Below, piece by piece: positions 30,923-41,388 of a DNA stretch of 64,000 bases. A program made the translations under genes and the position numbers. This stretch comes from an uncultured Verrucomicrobiae bacterium. Lineage in GTDB: Bacteria; Verrucomicrobiota; Verrucomicrobiia; Chthoniobacterales; Chthoniobacteraceae. The stretch lies in contig CAWIKF010000002.1 of assembly GCA_963836755.1 (NCBI GenBank), forward strand, positions 448,001 to 512,000, in the 5' to 3' direction. The notes under the pieces were generated by a model. It searched no databases and was not told the DNA's origin. It saw only the letters and a list, made by a program, of their open reading frames with translations. Position 1 is the first letter of the stretch. The number at the start of each line of letters is the position of its first letter.

Positions 30923-31623
30923 TCGCGATCACGTTTGCGCTGCCGCAGGAAAGCAGCGACCTGCTTCGACGGCTCACGGATCGCCGCAAATCCTCGACCG
31001 GCCGGCTCACGGTTTATGAGGGTAAAATTGATGCGCAAGCTGTCGCCATTTGTCACACGGGCATTGGTCGCGATTCAGCGGCGCGCGCGATGCATGAACT
31101 TTTTCATAGCCATCGCCCGCAAACCCTGATCAGCGCAGGCTTTGCCGGCGGTCTCGATCCGCGGCTGCAATGCGCGGATTTGGTCGTCGCCGTTAATTTT
31201 TCCGATTCAGATCTTCTCGATGCGGCCCGCCACGCCTGCCGCGACGCAAGCCGTTGCTATTTTGGGACACTTACCACGCAACCCGAAGTCGCCGAAACTG
31301 AAGCCGACAAGCTGCAGCTCGGCCGGCAAACCGGGGCCTCCGCCGTGGATATGGAAACCTCGGTCATCGCCGAATCGTGCCACAATTTCAGCGTGCCGAT
31401 GCTGTCCGTGCGCGGCGTTAGCGACCGCGTGAGCGACGCTCTGCCGGTTCCGTTTCCCGTCTGGTTTGACTTGAAAAATCAGCGACCACGCCCCGTGGCG
31501 CTGCTGCAATATCTTGTGCTTCATCCGCGGAAAATCATGCCCTTCGTTCGCTTCGTTCGCGGAATCGACGTTGCACGCGCGCGGCTCACGGATTATTTGC
31601 TGGAGCTGATTCCAGCGCTTTGA
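30919..31623 (+). CDS. nucleoside phosphorylase family protein (MTA/SAH nucleosidase or HpnG-like)
   Basis: TGIG, ISAGFAGGLDP, AVDMET, VRGVSD. Confidence 0.85.
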   Translation: MIAITFALPQESSDLLRRLTDRRKSSTGRLTVYEGKIDAQAVAICHTGIGRDSAARAMHELFHSHRPQTLISAGFAGGLDPRLQCADLVVAVNFSDSDLLDAARHACRDASRCYFGTLTTQPEVAETEADKLQLGRQTGASAVDMETSVIAESCHNFSVPMLSVRGVSDRVSDALPVPFPVWFDLKNQRPRPVALLQYLVLHPRKIMPFVRFVRGIDVARARLTDYLLELIPAL

Positions 31624-31636
31624 ACCTCTTCTAATC

Positions 31637-32611
31637 ATGCCCGAACGCCCGCGCATTTTATCCGGAATCAAGCCGACCGGCCCGCTGCACATCGGAAATT
31701 ATTTTGGAATGATGCGGCCCGCGATCGCGTGGCAGGAAAAAGGCGAGGCGCTCTATTTCATCGCGGATTATCACGCGCTGACGACGCTGCGCGACCCGGA
31801 GTTGCTGCGAAAATATTCCCGGGATGTTGCGCTTGATTTTTTAGCCTGCGGTCTCAATCCAAAGCATGCGACATTGTTTAAACAATCAGATGTTCCGCAG
31901 GTTTGTGAGCTCACGTGGATTTTAAGCACGCTCACGCCAATGCCGATGCTCGAAAATTCACACGCCTACAAGGCGCACGTCGCGCGCGGCGGCACGCCCA
32001 ACGTCGGGATTTTTGCCTATCCGGTGTTGATGGCGATCGATATTTTGATCTACGACAGCGACATCGTGCCGGTCGGTCGGGATCAAAAGCAGCATGTCGA
32101 GATCACGCGCGATCTCGCGGTGAAGTTCAACCAGTCGTTCGGCGAAATTTTCAAGGTTCCAGAGCCGAGCATCCTGCCTGATGTCGAGACGATTCCGGGG
32201 CTCGATGGCCAAAAGATGAGTAAAAGTTACGACAATACGATCGGACTTTTTTTGGAGGAAAAAGCGTTGCGGAAAAAAATCATGAGCATTGTCACGGACT
32301 CGACTCCTGTCGATGAGCCGAAGGATCCGACAAAGTCCGCAATCGTCGACCTTTACCGCCTTTTCGCTGCGCCAGCAGATGTTATACAAATGGAGACACA
32401 GTTTCGCGCCGGGGGCATCGGCTATGGCGACTTTAAAAAGCGACTTTTCGAAGCGATTCGCGACTATTTCGCGCCGATGCGTGAGCGTCGTGCGGAGCTT
32501 GAGGCCGACCCTCACCTCCTCGATGAAGTGCTTTCGCAGGGCGCGTTGCGGGCGAACGAGTTGGCTGATGCGATGCTTGTTCGCGTGCGCGCGGCGGTCG
32601 GGCTTGATTAG
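31637..32611 (+). CDS. trpS: tryptophanyl-tRNA synthetase
   Basis: SGIKPTG.LHIGNY, YPVLMA.DIL, VPVG.DQ.QH, KMSKS. Confidence 0.97.
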   Translation: MPERPRILSGIKPTGPLHIGNYFGMMRPAIAWQEKGEALYFIADYHALTTLRDPELLRKYSRDVALDFLACGLNPKHATLFKQSDVPQVCELTWILSTLTPMPMLENSHAYKAHVARGGTPNVGIFAYPVLMAIDILIYDSDIVPVGRDQKQHVEITRDLAVKFNQSFGEIFKVPEPSILPDVETIPGLDGQKMSKSYDNTIGLFLEEKALRKKIMSIVTDSTPVDEPKDPTKSAIVDLYRLFAAPADVIQMETQFRAGGIGYGDFKKRLFEAIRDYFAPMRERRAELEADPHLLDEVLSQGALRANELADAMLVRVRAAVGLD

Positions 32612-32704
32612 GAGCGGAGCGCGAAAGTTCCGCGCTAAAAAAGAATGTTCGATTTATGGCTTGCACGGCTTTTCGGTTGAAGGTTTATTACAACGGCCTC
32701 AAAT

Positions 32705-32723
32705 AGTCAGGGAATCCCTGACT
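32705..32723. promoter_or_regulatory. perfect 19-bp inverted repeat in the leader of the PUR gene
   Basis: AGTCAGGGA-A-TCCCTGACT. Confidence 0.55.
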
Positions 32724-32745
32724 CGGGATAGTAATAAATGTGTAT

Positions 32746-32982
32746 ATGATAAATCAGAATTCAGGAGAAAGACCTGGGACAGACCCTCTGGCCTCCGAAA
32801 AAGTGACAATCGACCGGAAGATGTTCTTTCTCGATCTCAAAGAAAATCAGCGGGGCCGCTTTTTAAAAATCACCGAGGATGTGGGCGGACGCCGTGACAC
32901 GATCATGTTGCCGGCCGAAGCATTTCGAGATTTCGCGGAAGCCTTCGCCCGTCTGGTCGAGTTCGAGCGCAAGCTCGGTTAG
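32746..32982 (+). CDS. PUR-family (single PUR repeat) ssDNA/RNA-binding protein
   Basis: LASEKV.IDRK.FFLDLKENQRGRFLKITE..GGRR..I.LP. Confidence 0.88.
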   Translation: MINQNSGERPGTDPLASEKVTIDRKMFFLDLKENQRGRFLKITEDVGGRRDTIMLPAEAFRDFAEAFARLVEFERKLG

Positions 32983-33032
32983 CACCGGCCAAAACGCTGC
33001 CCGGGCACTCGCTTGGGCGGGCTTCGATTTCC

Positions 33033-34028
33033 TTATTTCAGTTCCGCAAAGAAAAGCCGCCCGGCCGCAGTCTGCAAGGCGCTAGCGATCGTTATACTAA
33101 CAGTTTGGCCGAGCTTTGGGCGCGCGTTGTTAACGACTATCATCGTTCCGTCGGCCAAAAATCCGACCGCTTGGTGCGGCTCCCGCCCTTCCTTCGAAAG
33201 CGTCAATTCGATTTCGTCGCCGATGTCAATCGACGAGCGCAACGCGTTGCTTAGCTCGTTCAAGTTCAGCGTCGTCACGTTTTGAAGGCGTGCGACTTTG
33301 CACAAATTCGAATCGTTCGTCAGCAGCCGCGCTTGTAAAAGTTTCGCGAGATGGATGAGCCGCGCGTCGACCGGCAGATCGTTTTCCACAGTGCTTTCAT
33401 GAATGGTGATCGTGAGGCCGGATTCACTTTGCATCGCGTTGAGGCGGTCTAGGCCGCGACGTCCGCGGTCGCGTTTCAATGGCTCCGCCGAATCCGCGAG
33501 CCGCTGCAATTCATCGAGGACAAATCGCGGCACGATGAGCGAGCAGCCGATGAAGCCGGTGCCGCAGAGCTTTGAAATGCGCGCGTCGATCACGATGTTC
33601 GTGTCGACCAAAAGCGGCGTGTCCTGCACGCTCGATTGCTGAAAGCGGACATACGGAATGATGAGGGAAAATTCGTCGCGATGACTTCGCACCGCGAGCA
33701 TCATTCCGAGATAGCCGAACGTGCAATAGGCCGTGAGCGAGCACACCCATTGCGTCGCCTCGGTCGCGTTTTTCAAGACTTCCGACGCGAGCAGCAGCCG
33801 CGAAAAAAACAGGCCGAGCAGCAGCCCGAAAGTCGCTGAAGAAAAAGTCCGCAGCGTGATCCCTTTCAAAAGCCGGTCGATCAAAACGATGGCCAGCCCG
33901 AATGCCATTCCGATCGCCGCGCCGACGAGCGAAGAGTTGAGCACTTCGCCGCCGACGGCACTGCCGACGAAGCACGCGAAGATTACGAACAGCGTGCGAA
34001 GCAGGTTGAGCGTGCGAAATGGAGTCAC
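33033..34028 (-). CDS. membrane PIN/TRAM domain protein (YacL-like)
   Basis: 4 TM helices, LVDTNIVID, ELQRLADS...R.RGRRGLD, LLTND.NL.KVA, G.E..Q.VG.L.DGTMIVV, QTAAGRLFFA. Confidence 0.9.
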   Translation of the reverse strand: MTPFRTLNLLRTLFVIFACFVGSAVGGEVLNSSLVGAAIGMAFGLAIVLIDRLLKGITLRTFSSATFGLLLGLFFSRLLLASEVLKNATEATQWVCSLTAYCTFGYLGMMLAVRSHRDEFSLIIPYVRFQQSSVQDTPLLVDTNIVIDARISKLCGTGFIGCSLIVPRFVLDELQRLADSAEPLKRDRGRRGLDRLNAMQSESGLTITIHESTVENDLPVDARLIHLAKLLQARLLTNDSNLCKVARLQNVTTLNLNELSNALRSSIDIGDEIELTLSKEGREPHQAVGFLADGTMIVVNNARPKLGQTVSITIASALQTAAGRLFFAELK

Positions 34029-34037
34029 TTTTTTCCG

Positions 34038-34952
34038 CTACCGCGACGGCCGCGCGATTTCATCGGGCCGCGGAGCGCGATCCTTGTAAAACAAAATGCC
34101 TCGCGCGCGCAGATTCGCCACGAGCGCCTTCAAGTTTTCTGCCAGCTCCCGATTATTGAGCAGCAGGCCGATCGCGCCATTGCCGCTTTGCGCTTTCGCC
34201 AGCAGGCTTTGTGCGCTCTCGAGCACTTTTTTCAAATCCTCCGTCGCAGAGTTAATCTTGCCCATCGTCGTCTTCGTCGAATCGACTGCGCCCTGCGCAC
34301 TTTGAACAACGGTGTTTAAATTCTTGGAAATTTCACCGAAGCGTTCGGTCGTCGTTTTCAGGTTCGCAAATGTAGCGGAAATATTTTGCCGATTCGGCTC
34401 ACTGAGAACGTCGCCGTTGATCTTGTCGGTCACTTCCGTGAGCTTTTTGATCTCGATGTTGAGCTGATCAAAAACTTGCTCGCCCTTTTTTTGCAACGCT
34501 TCGAGTCCCGACGCCGTCGAGCCTTCGATTTTTGCACCGGGCGTCCAAACTTCGCTCGGATTGTTCGGATCAAACTTTGCCCGGTCAAAACCGGGATTCG
34601 GAATCACATCGACGTATTTGTCGCCGAGCAATCCGGAGCTGCCGACCTGAAAGGTCGTCTGCCGTGGAATGTGAATGCCGGCGATGATTTTGATCGGCAC
34701 GGTCACGCCGGCTGATGCGGCCGAGATCCGCGGCTTGTCGGCGACGTAGCCGATGCGCGCGCCCGCGAGCTGCACGTCGGAGTTTTTGATGAGCCCGCTC
34801 GCGTTTGGGAAATCGATGGTGAGGTCGTAATATTTTTCAAATCCCTGCCCGATGCGGCCGAATTTGAACGCCATCACGGCGATGAAGGCGAGGCCGATGA
34901 AAACGAAAATGCCGACCTTCAGCTCGAGTGCTTTTTCGCTCTGCTCGCTCAT
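34038..34952 (-). CDS. mlaD: MCE/MlaD family protein
   Basis: ELKVGIFV TM, F.NASGL...SDV..AG..IG.V, GLLGDKYV, helical C-terminus. Confidence 0.9.
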   Translation of the reverse strand: MSEQSEKALELKVGIFVFIGLAFIAVMAFKFGRIGQGFEKYYDLTIDFPNASGLIKNSDVQLAGARIGYVADKPRISAASAGVTVPIKIIAGIHIPRQTTFQVGSSGLLGDKYVDVIPNPGFDRAKFDPNNPSEVWTPGAKIEGSTASGLEALQKKGEQVFDQLNIEIKKLTEVTDKINGDVLSEPNRQNISATFANLKTTTERFGEISKNLNTVVQSAQGAVDSTKTTMGKINSATEDLKKVLESAQSLLAKAQSGNGAIGLLLNNRELAENLKALVANLRARGILFYKDRAPRPDEIARPSR

Positions 34953-35701
34953 TCGGTCTCGCCGGAATGGCCTTCGATGAAATTTCGTATGACCGCGTCC
35001 GGTGAGGCGCGGAGCTCGGCTGGTGTGCCCTTAAAATAGACGCGGCCTTCGTGAAGATACGCGACCTGATCGGCTACGTGAAATGCGCTTTTCATGTCGT
35101 GAGTGACGACGATGGAAGTCACGCGCAACCGCTTTTGCAAGCGTCGAATCAGCCGGTTGATCGAGTCGGCTACGATCGGGTCGAGGCCAGTCGTCGGCTC
35201 ATCGTAAAGGATGCACGAGGGCTCGCTGACGATCGCGCGCGCGAGTCCGACGCGCTTCTTCATTCCGCCGCTCAGATTTTCCGGCATCTTTTTTTGTTCG
35301 CCCGCGAGATCGACGACCTCGAGCGCGCCGGCGACTTTTTCCGCAATGATTTTCGGATCTTTCAAGCCGCCTTCCTTCAAAGGGAAAGCGATGTTTTCCT
35401 CGACGCTCATCGAGTCAAAAAGCGCCGCGCCTTGAAACAGAATCGCGATTTTTTTTCTCACCGCCGCGAGCTTGCGTTCGCTCAAAAGCGCGATGTTCTC
35501 GCTGCCGACGAGCACCTCGCCGGAGGTCGGTTTCATGAGGCCGATGATGTGCTTTAGCAGCACGCTTTTGCCGCCGCCGCTGCGGCCGAGAATGACGAGC
35601 GTCTCGCCCGTCTGCACGTCGAGATCGAAGCCGCGAAGCACCTCCTGTTTGCCGAGCCGCTTGTGCAGATTGCGAATGCTGATGAGCGGCGGAACGGCCA
35701 T
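34949..35701 (-). CDS. mlaF: MlaF-type ABC ATPase
   Basis: GRSGGGKS, FQGAALFDSM, LSGGMKKRVGLARA, YDEPTTGLDP. Confidence 0.93.
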   Translation of the reverse strand: MAVPPLISIRNLHKRLGKQEVLRGFDLDVQTGETLVILGRSGGGKSVLLKHIIGLMKPTSGEVLVGSENIALLSERKLAAVRKKIAILFQGAALFDSMSVEENIAFPLKEGGLKDPKIIAEKVAGALEVVDLAGEQKKMPENLSGGMKKRVGLARAIVSEPSCILYDEPTTGLDPIVADSINRLIRRLQKRLRVTSIVVTHDMKSAFHVADQVAYLHEGRVYFKGTPAELRASPDAVIRNFIEGHSGETE

Positions 35702-35704
35702 TTT

Positions 35705-36496
35705 TTAAACGCCGCCGGGAAAAATCGCGTTGAGCAAAAGCGAGAGAAAAAAGTTTGTGATCAAGATGGCGAGCGAGCCGATCACGACCGCTTCAGTCGG
35801 CGCGCGGCCGACGCCGACCGCGCCTTCTTTCGCGTTCAAACCTTGATGGCAACTGACGAAAACGATGAGCAGCGAAAAGACGAAACCTTTGCTCAGCGCC
35901 ATTTTGATGTCGCGCGAGCCGGTGAATTTCAGCATGTAATCAAGGTAGTAAGCGCCCTGGATATCGAGCAGATGCACGCCGATGAAATAGCCGGCGACGA
36001 TGCCGAGCCCGACGCATTCGGCGACGAGCAGAGGCGTCGAAAGCATCATCGCGAGCACGCGCGGCACGACGAGATAATCGACCGGATAAACGCCGAGCGC
36101 GCGCAGCGCATCGATCTGCTCTGTCACTTTCATCGTGCCGATTTCCGCGGACATTGCCGCACCGACGCGACCGGCGAGCATCAGCCCGGTGAGCACCGGC
36201 CCGAGCTCGCGAAACATTGAAACCGCGACGACCGCGCCGACTGCGGAATCCATTCCGAGCCGATGAAATTGAAAGTAAGTCTGCGCGGCGAAAACTGCGC
36301 CGGTGAAGCCGCCGGTGACGAGCACGACGAGCTGTGAGCGGTAGCCGACCTCGAGCAATTGGGTGAAAAACAAGCGCCAGCGAATTGGCGCGACGAACAT
36401 TGATTTAAAAGAATCCGCCGCGAGCAAAACCAATTCTCCGAGATAGGAGAAAAACGACAAAAAAGTCCGGCCGAAATACGCGAAGAAGACCGTCAT
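35705..36496 (-). CDS. mlaE: MlaE-type ABC permease
   Basis: RELGPVLT.LMLAGRVG...AEIGTMKVTEQIDAL, YLVVPRV, GAVGVG. Confidence 0.93.
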   Translation of the reverse strand: MTVFFAYFGRTFLSFFSYLGELVLLAADSFKSMFVAPIRWRLFFTQLLEVGYRSQLVVLVTGGFTGAVFAAQTYFQFHRLGMDSAVGAVVAVSMFRELGPVLTGLMLAGRVGAAMSAEIGTMKVTEQIDALRALGVYPVDYLVVPRVLAMMLSTPLLVAECVGLGIVAGYFIGVHLLDIQGAYYLDYMLKFTGSRDIKMALSKGFVFSLLIVFVSCHQGLNAKEGAVGVGRAPTEAVVIGSLAILITNFFLSLLLNAIFPGGV

Positions 36497-36553
36497 GAGA
36501 ACCGCTAAATTAAGCGGCTCGACTCACCGCGCGCAAGGCTGCGACCGCAAATG

Positions 36554-36817
36554 CTACGTGCGGATTGGCTGCGTTTTGCTCTTTGGATTCATCTCGGCGG
36601 GGATGGAGCCGACGATGCGCGCCTCAAGGCCGAGCTTGCGGAAAATCGCCCTCAATTCCTGAATCGTGTAGGTCGGCTCGTCAAACTCGAGATAAACGAT
36701 GTCGTGGTTGCTATCGACTTTGTAACGCAAGCCGGGCACCGCCTCAAACTCGTGGTCGAGTTCGAGGATTTTGTCGAGGTGCCTCACCCCAGCCGCGTAA
36801 ACTTCTAGTTCGATCAT
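36554..36817 (-). CDS. small hypothetical protein, HMA/ferredoxin-like pattern without CxxC
   Basis: VPGL...VD.....VYLEFD.....I.EL..IF.KLGLEA pattern; 87 aa. Confidence 0.65.
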   Translation of the reverse strand: MIELEVYAAGVRHLDKILELDHEFEAVPGLRYKVDSNHDIVYLEFDEPTYTIQELRAIFRKLGLEARIVGSIPAEMNPKSKTQPIRT

Positions 36818-36926
36818 TGCGATTGCCTTTAATAACACCGGCAATCGGCGAGCGTGGCAAACAAAATTTTGCGCGACGGTTGCCCGCTCAAAACTCCTCT
36901 GCTACAAGCCATCACACTTTTTGCCC

Positions 36927-39900
36927 ATGCCGCGCAATCCCGATCTTCACAAAATCCTCCTCATCGGCTCCGGCCCCATCGTGATCGGGCAGGGCTGCGA
37001 GTTCGATTACTCGGGCGTGCAGGCGTGCAAGGCGCTCAAGGAAGAAGGCTACGTGGTCGTGCTGGTGAACTCGAATCCGGCGACGATCATGACCGATCCG
37101 GAATTTGCGGATCGCACTTACATCGAGCCGATCACGCCGGAGGTCGTCGAAAAAATCATCGAGCGCGAAAAACCGGATGCGCTGCTGCCGACACTTGGCG
37201 GGCAGACGGCCCTCAACTGCGCGATGGATCTCGTTGCGAATGGCGCGCTGGAGCGGCATGGCGTGAAATTGATTGGCGCAAATGCCGAGGCGATCCACAA
37301 AGGCGAAGACCGGCAGGCTTTCAAGGACGCGATGCTGAAAATCGGTCTCGACTGCGCGCGGTCGGGCGTGGCGCACACGCTCGAGGAGGCGCGCGAAGTG
37401 GCCGCCGAGATCGGCGCTTTTCCGCTCATCATCCGGCCGGCATTTACGCTCGGCGGCAGCGGCGGCGGCATCGCCTACAATCGCGAGGAATTTGAAACCA
37501 TCGTCGCGCGCGGGATCGATTTGTCACCCGTTAACGAAGTGTTGATCGAGGAATCGCTGCTCGGCTGGAAGGAATTTGAGATGGAAGTCATGCGCGACCG
37601 CGCCGACAACTGCGTGATCGTTTGCTCCATCGAAAACCTCGATCCGATGGGAGTCCACACCGGCGACTCCATCACGGTCGCGCCCGCGCAGACGCTTAGC
37701 GACCGGGAGTATCAGCTCATGCGCGACGCGTCGTTCGCAGTCATCCGCGAGATCGGCGTCGAGACCGGCGGCTCGAACATCCAGTTTGCCGTCAACCCCG
37801 ACAACGGGCGCATGATCGTGATCGAAATGAACCCGCGCGTCTCGCGTTCATCGGCATTGGCGAGCAAGGCAACCGGTTTTCCCATCGCAAAAATCGCGGC
37901 GAAACTCGCCGTCGGTTACACGCTCGATGAGGTAAAAAATGACATCACGCGCGAGACGCCCGCGAGTTTTGAGCCGACGATCGATTACGTCGTTGTCAAA
38001 GTTCCGCGTTTTACTTTTGAAAAATTTCCGACCGCCGATGCGACGCTGACCACGCAGATGAAAAGCGTCGGCGAAGCGATGGCGATCGGCCGCACGTTCA
38101 AGGAAGCGCTGCAAAAAGCGCTGCGAAGTTTGGAAGTGAAACGCTTCGGTTTGATCGGCGACGGCGCGGACAAACCGGTCGATGACGAAACGTTGCGGAC
38201 GAAATTGATCGTGCCGAATGCCGAGCGCATTTTCTTTTTGGCGCAAGCGCTCGAGCGCGGCTGGAGCGTCGAGCAAGTTTTCGAGCTGACGAAAATCGAC
38301 CGGTGGTTTTTAGAAAATATCCGGCAAATCGTCGCTGAAAGTTCTTCGCGGCACGGCGCGTCGGCTCCGCAAATCCTGCGCGCGAAAAAGTTAGGCTTTT
38401 CCGATCGTCAGATCGCAGTCGCTTTTTCAAAAAGCGAAAAAGAAATCCGCGCGGAACGCGTTGGCGCGAAAATTTTGCCGACATACCGCCTCGTCGACAC
38501 ATGCGCGGCGGAGTTCGAGGCTTACACGCCTTATTATTACAGCACCTACGGCGACGAAAACGAACGGCGCGATTCCGGCAAAAAGAAAATCATCATCCTC
38601 GGCGGCGGGCCGAATCGCATTGGGCAGGGGATCGAGTTTGATTATTGCTGCGTCCACGCGGCGTTCGCGCTGAAGGAGCTTGGCTTCGAGACGATCATGG
38701 TCAACTCGAATCCTGAAACCGTTTCCACCGATTACGACACGAGCGACAAACTTTATTTCGAGCCGCTCACGCTCGAGGACGTGCTCAACATCTGCGATCA
38801 GGAAAGCGAAAATCTCTTCGGCGTGATCGTGCAATTCGGCGGCCAGACGCCCCTCAATCTCGCCAATGGTCTCGCCGAAGCCGGCGTGCCAATCATCGGC
38901 ACCAGCCCGCGCAGCATCGAGATCGCCGAGGACCGAAAACTTTTTTCCGCGATGCTAGACAAGCTCGGGCTGCTGCAAACGCCGAGTGGAACAGCCGTTA
39001 ACGAATCGGAAGCCGTCGCCGTCGCCGATCGCATTGGCTATCCGGTGCTCGTGCGTCCGTCGTTCGTGCTCGGCGGACGCGCGATGGAGATCGTTTACAA
39101 AGAAGACGACCTGCGCCGTTACATTCGCAACGCCGTCGAGGCCAGTCCGGAGCGTCCGATCCTGGTCGATCGGTTTTTGGAAGACGCCGCCGAAGTCGAT
39201 GTGGATTGCATCAGCGACGGCGAGACGGTCGTCATCGGCGCGATCATGGAGCACATCGAGCAGGCTGGCATTCACAGCGGCGACAGCGCGTGCGTGATTC
39301 CGGCTTTCAGTCTGTCGGAGAATGTTAAACAAACCATCGCGACTGCGACGAAAGCGATGGCGCGCGAGCTAAACGTCCGCGGCCTGATGAACGTGCAATT
39401 TGCCGTCAAAGACGAACGCGTTTACGTGCTCGAAGTCAACCCACGCGCATCGCGCACCGTGCCGTTCGTCAGCAAAGCGATCGGCAAACCGCTCGCGAAA
39501 TTGGCGGCAAAAATCATGGCCGGCGAAACTTTGCGCGACCTCGGCTTCACCGCGGAAATCATCCCGCCGCATTTTTGCGTGAAGGAAGCGGTGTTTCCAT
39601 TCATTCGCTTTCCCGGCGTCGATATCGCGCTTGGCCCCGAGATGAAATCGACCGGCGAAGTCATGGGCATCGACGCTGATCTCGGCCTCGCCTACGCGAA
39701 AGCGCAGATGGCCGCGCAGCCGCCGCTGCCGCTCGCGGGCAACGTTTTCATCTCGGTCAAAGATTCGCAAAAGCCGGAAGTCGCCGCACTCGCTCGCGAA
39801 ATTGTTGCGCTCGGTTTCAAAATTTACGCAACCAGCGGCACGGCGGACGCGATCGCGGCGACTGGGACGGATGTTAAACGTCTCTTTAAACTTTCGGAAG

Positions 39901-40136
39901 GCCGCCCGCACGTGCTCGACATGATCAAAAATGGCGAAATCGCTTTCATCATCAACACGCCTGCCGGCAAAACTCCGCGGCAGGATGAGGTGAAAATTCG
40001 CACCACCGCCGTCGCCGCGCGCATCCCGATCATGACCACGCTCCGCGCAGCGCGCGCGAGCATCAATGGCATCCGATCCTTGCTGCAGCACGGTTTGCAC
40101 GTGAAGGCGCTGCAGGAATATCACGCGCGATCGTGA
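36927..40136 (+). CDS. carB: carbamoyl-phosphate synthase large subunit
   Basis: [18 protein letters not shown], two ATP-grasp domains, C-terminal MGS domain. Confidence 0.98.
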   Translation: MPRNPDLHKILLIGSGPIVIGQGCEFDYSGVQACKALKEEGYVVVLVNSNPATIMTDPEFADRTYIEPITPEVVEKIIEREKPDALLPTLGGQTALNCAMDLVANGALERHGVKLIGANAEAIHKGEDRQAFKDAMLKIGLDCARSGVAHTLEEAREVAAEIGAFPLIIRPAFTLGGSGGGIAYNREEFETIVARGIDLSPVNEVLIEESLLGWKEFEMEVMRDRADNCVIVCSIENLDPMGVHTGDSITVAPAQTLSDREYQLMRDASFAVIREIGVETGGSNIQFAVNPDNGRMIVIEMNPRVSRSSALASKATGFPIAKIAAKLAVGYTLDEVKNDITRETPASFEPTIDYVVVKVPRFTFEKFPTADATLTTQMKSVGEAMAIGRTFKEALQKALRSLEVKRFGLIGDGADKPVDDETLRTKLIVPNAERIFFLAQALERGWSVEQVFELTKIDRWFLENIRQIVAESSSRHGASAPQILRAKKLGFSDRQIAVAFSKSEKEIRAERVGAKILPTYRLVDTCAAEFEAYTPYYYSTYGDENERRDSGKKKIIILGGGPNRIGQGIEFDYCCVHAAFALKELGFETIMVNSNPETVSTDYDTSDKLYFEPLTLEDVLNICDQESENLFGVIVQFGGQTPLNLANGLAEAGVPIIGTSPRSIEIAEDRKLFSAMLDKLGLLQTPSGTAVNESEAVAVADRIGYPVLVRPSFVLGGRAMEIVYKEDDLRRYIRNAVEASPERPILVDRFLEDAAEVDVDCISDGETVVIGAIMEHIEQAGIHSGDSACVIPAFSLSENVKQTIATATKAMARELNVRGLMNVQFAVKDERVYVLEVNPRASRTVPFVSKAIGKPLAKLAAKIMAGETLRDLGFTAEIIPPHFCVKEAVFPFIRFPGVDIALGPEMKSTGEVMGIDADLGLAYAKAQMAAQPPLPLAGNVFISVKDSQKPEVAALAREIVALGFKIYATSGTADAIAATGTDVKRLFKLSEGRPHVLDMIKNGEIAFIINTPAGKTPRQDEVKIRTTAVAARIPIMTTLRAARASINGIRSLLQHGLHVKALQEYHARS

Positions 40137-40195
40137 AAACGCCGCGTCGGATTTTTGGTGTTTGTTTCAGCCGTGAGCGGGATTAATTTTGTCGC

Positions 40196-40402
40196 ATGAG
40201 CGATCACGTTTACAAAAAAATCGAGCTCGTTGGCTCTTCGCCGAACAGCATCGAGGAGGCCGTCAAAAATGCCGTGGAACGCGCGTCAAAGTCGCTGCGG
40301 AACTTGCGCTGGTTTGAAGTCGTCGAGACACGCGGCCACATCGAAGACGGCAAGGTCGCGCATTGGCAGGTGACGATTCAGGTCGGCTTCACGCTCGACT
40401 GA
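40196..40402 (+). CDS. dodecin (flavin-binding)
   Basis: [15 protein letters not shown]...A..RA.K.LRNL.WFEVVE.RGHI..G.V..WQV...VGFTL. Confidence 0.95.
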   Translation: MSDHVYKKIELVGSSPNSIEEAVKNAVERASKSLRNLRWFEVVETRGHIEDGKVAHWQVTIQVGFTLD

Positions 40403-40427
40403 CGCGGCGTTTTCGCCGGCGGTCGCG

Positions 40428-41033
40428 CTAGATTTTTTCGCGAATGCCGCGCACGGAATCGTAGAGTTTGCGCAGGCCGAGCTCGAGGCGCGTCTTGATG
40501 GTGCCGAGTGGTGTGTCGGTGGCGACGGCGATTTCCCGCTGGCTCATGCCTTTGAAAAACGCGAGCTCGATCGCCTCTTTTTGAAACGGCGGCAGCGCGT
40601 CGATGCGCATGCGGAGAAAACTTCGCAGATCCTCGTGCTCGATGTCGCTGTCGATGCGATTGTGCAGCCACGCATCGGGCTGCTGCTCGCTGTGCGCCTC
40701 GAGCCGCTCGGTCGCGCGATGATATGCCTGGCGCTTGCGCAGCCGGTCGATCGCGCGGCGGCGCGTGAGTGTGACGATCCAGCCGAGCGCCTGGCCTTTT
40801 TTCGGCGAATAATTTTTCGCCTGCCGCCAGATTTGCATGAAGATTTCCTGCAATAAATCCTCCGCCTCCGCCTCGTCGTGCACGACGCGGATGATGAGCG
40901 CTTTGAGGATGCCGCTGTAGCGATCGTAAAGTTGCGCGAGCGCTCGCGGCTGGCGCTGCGCGATGGCTCGCATGATCTTCGTGTCATCCTTTGCGGTGGC
41001 TTCGGACGGTTCGGTTAGGACGGCGGTTTTCAT
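40428..41033 (-). CDS. ECF sigma-70 factor
   Basis: LYDRY, AEDLLQE.F.QIWR, W...L.R.RAIDRLR, GMSQREIA....PLGTIKTR; start may be 41096. Confidence 0.92.
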   Translation of the reverse strand: MKTAVLTEPSEATAKDDTKIMRAIAQRQPRALAQLYDRYSGILKALIIRVVHDEAEAEDLLQEIFMQIWRQAKNYSPKKGQALGWIVTLTRRRAIDRLRKRQAYHRATERLEAHSEQQPDAWLHNRIDSDIEHEDLRSFLRMRIDALPPFQKEAIELAFFKGMSQREIAVATDTPLGTIKTRLELGLRKLYDSVRGIREKI

Positions 41034-41037
41034 CGGG

Positions 41038-41388
41038 TTAATTAGGAAGGTTGTTGTTGGATTGAGTGCGAAGAGTTCCTTGCTCGGGCTCGCCATCGGC
41101 GGAGTCGGCGAGAATGTGCGACCAATCGCGCCACGTCTCGTCGTCGAGCAGCGGATTGCCGATCGCGACCCATTCGCGAGGCGTCGAGGAACAATGTTCA
41201 GTGGGGCAATGCGGCTTCAGTTCGCCGTGGCGGCCGGTGGTGAAGCGCACTTGATGGCCGGTAAACTTTTCCTCGCAGAGAATGCAACGGCGCGTTTCGT
41301 CGAGGCTCGTCCACGAGTGGTGCGCGTCGGTTGCGCAAAGGCATTCCAAGCGGTCCGCCGCGGTGTGCATGGGTTTAGTTTTACTCAT
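41038..41388 (-). CDS. small putative Zn-binding hypothetical protein
   Basis: W.SLD..R.CILC...F.G and HCPT..C.S....W. Confidence 0.7.
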   Translation of the reverse strand: MSKTKPMHTAADRLECLCATDAHHSWTSLDETRRCILCEEKFTGHQVRFTTGRHGELKPHCPTEHCSSTPREWVAIGNPLLDDETWRDWSHILADSADGEPEQGTLRTQSNNNLPN

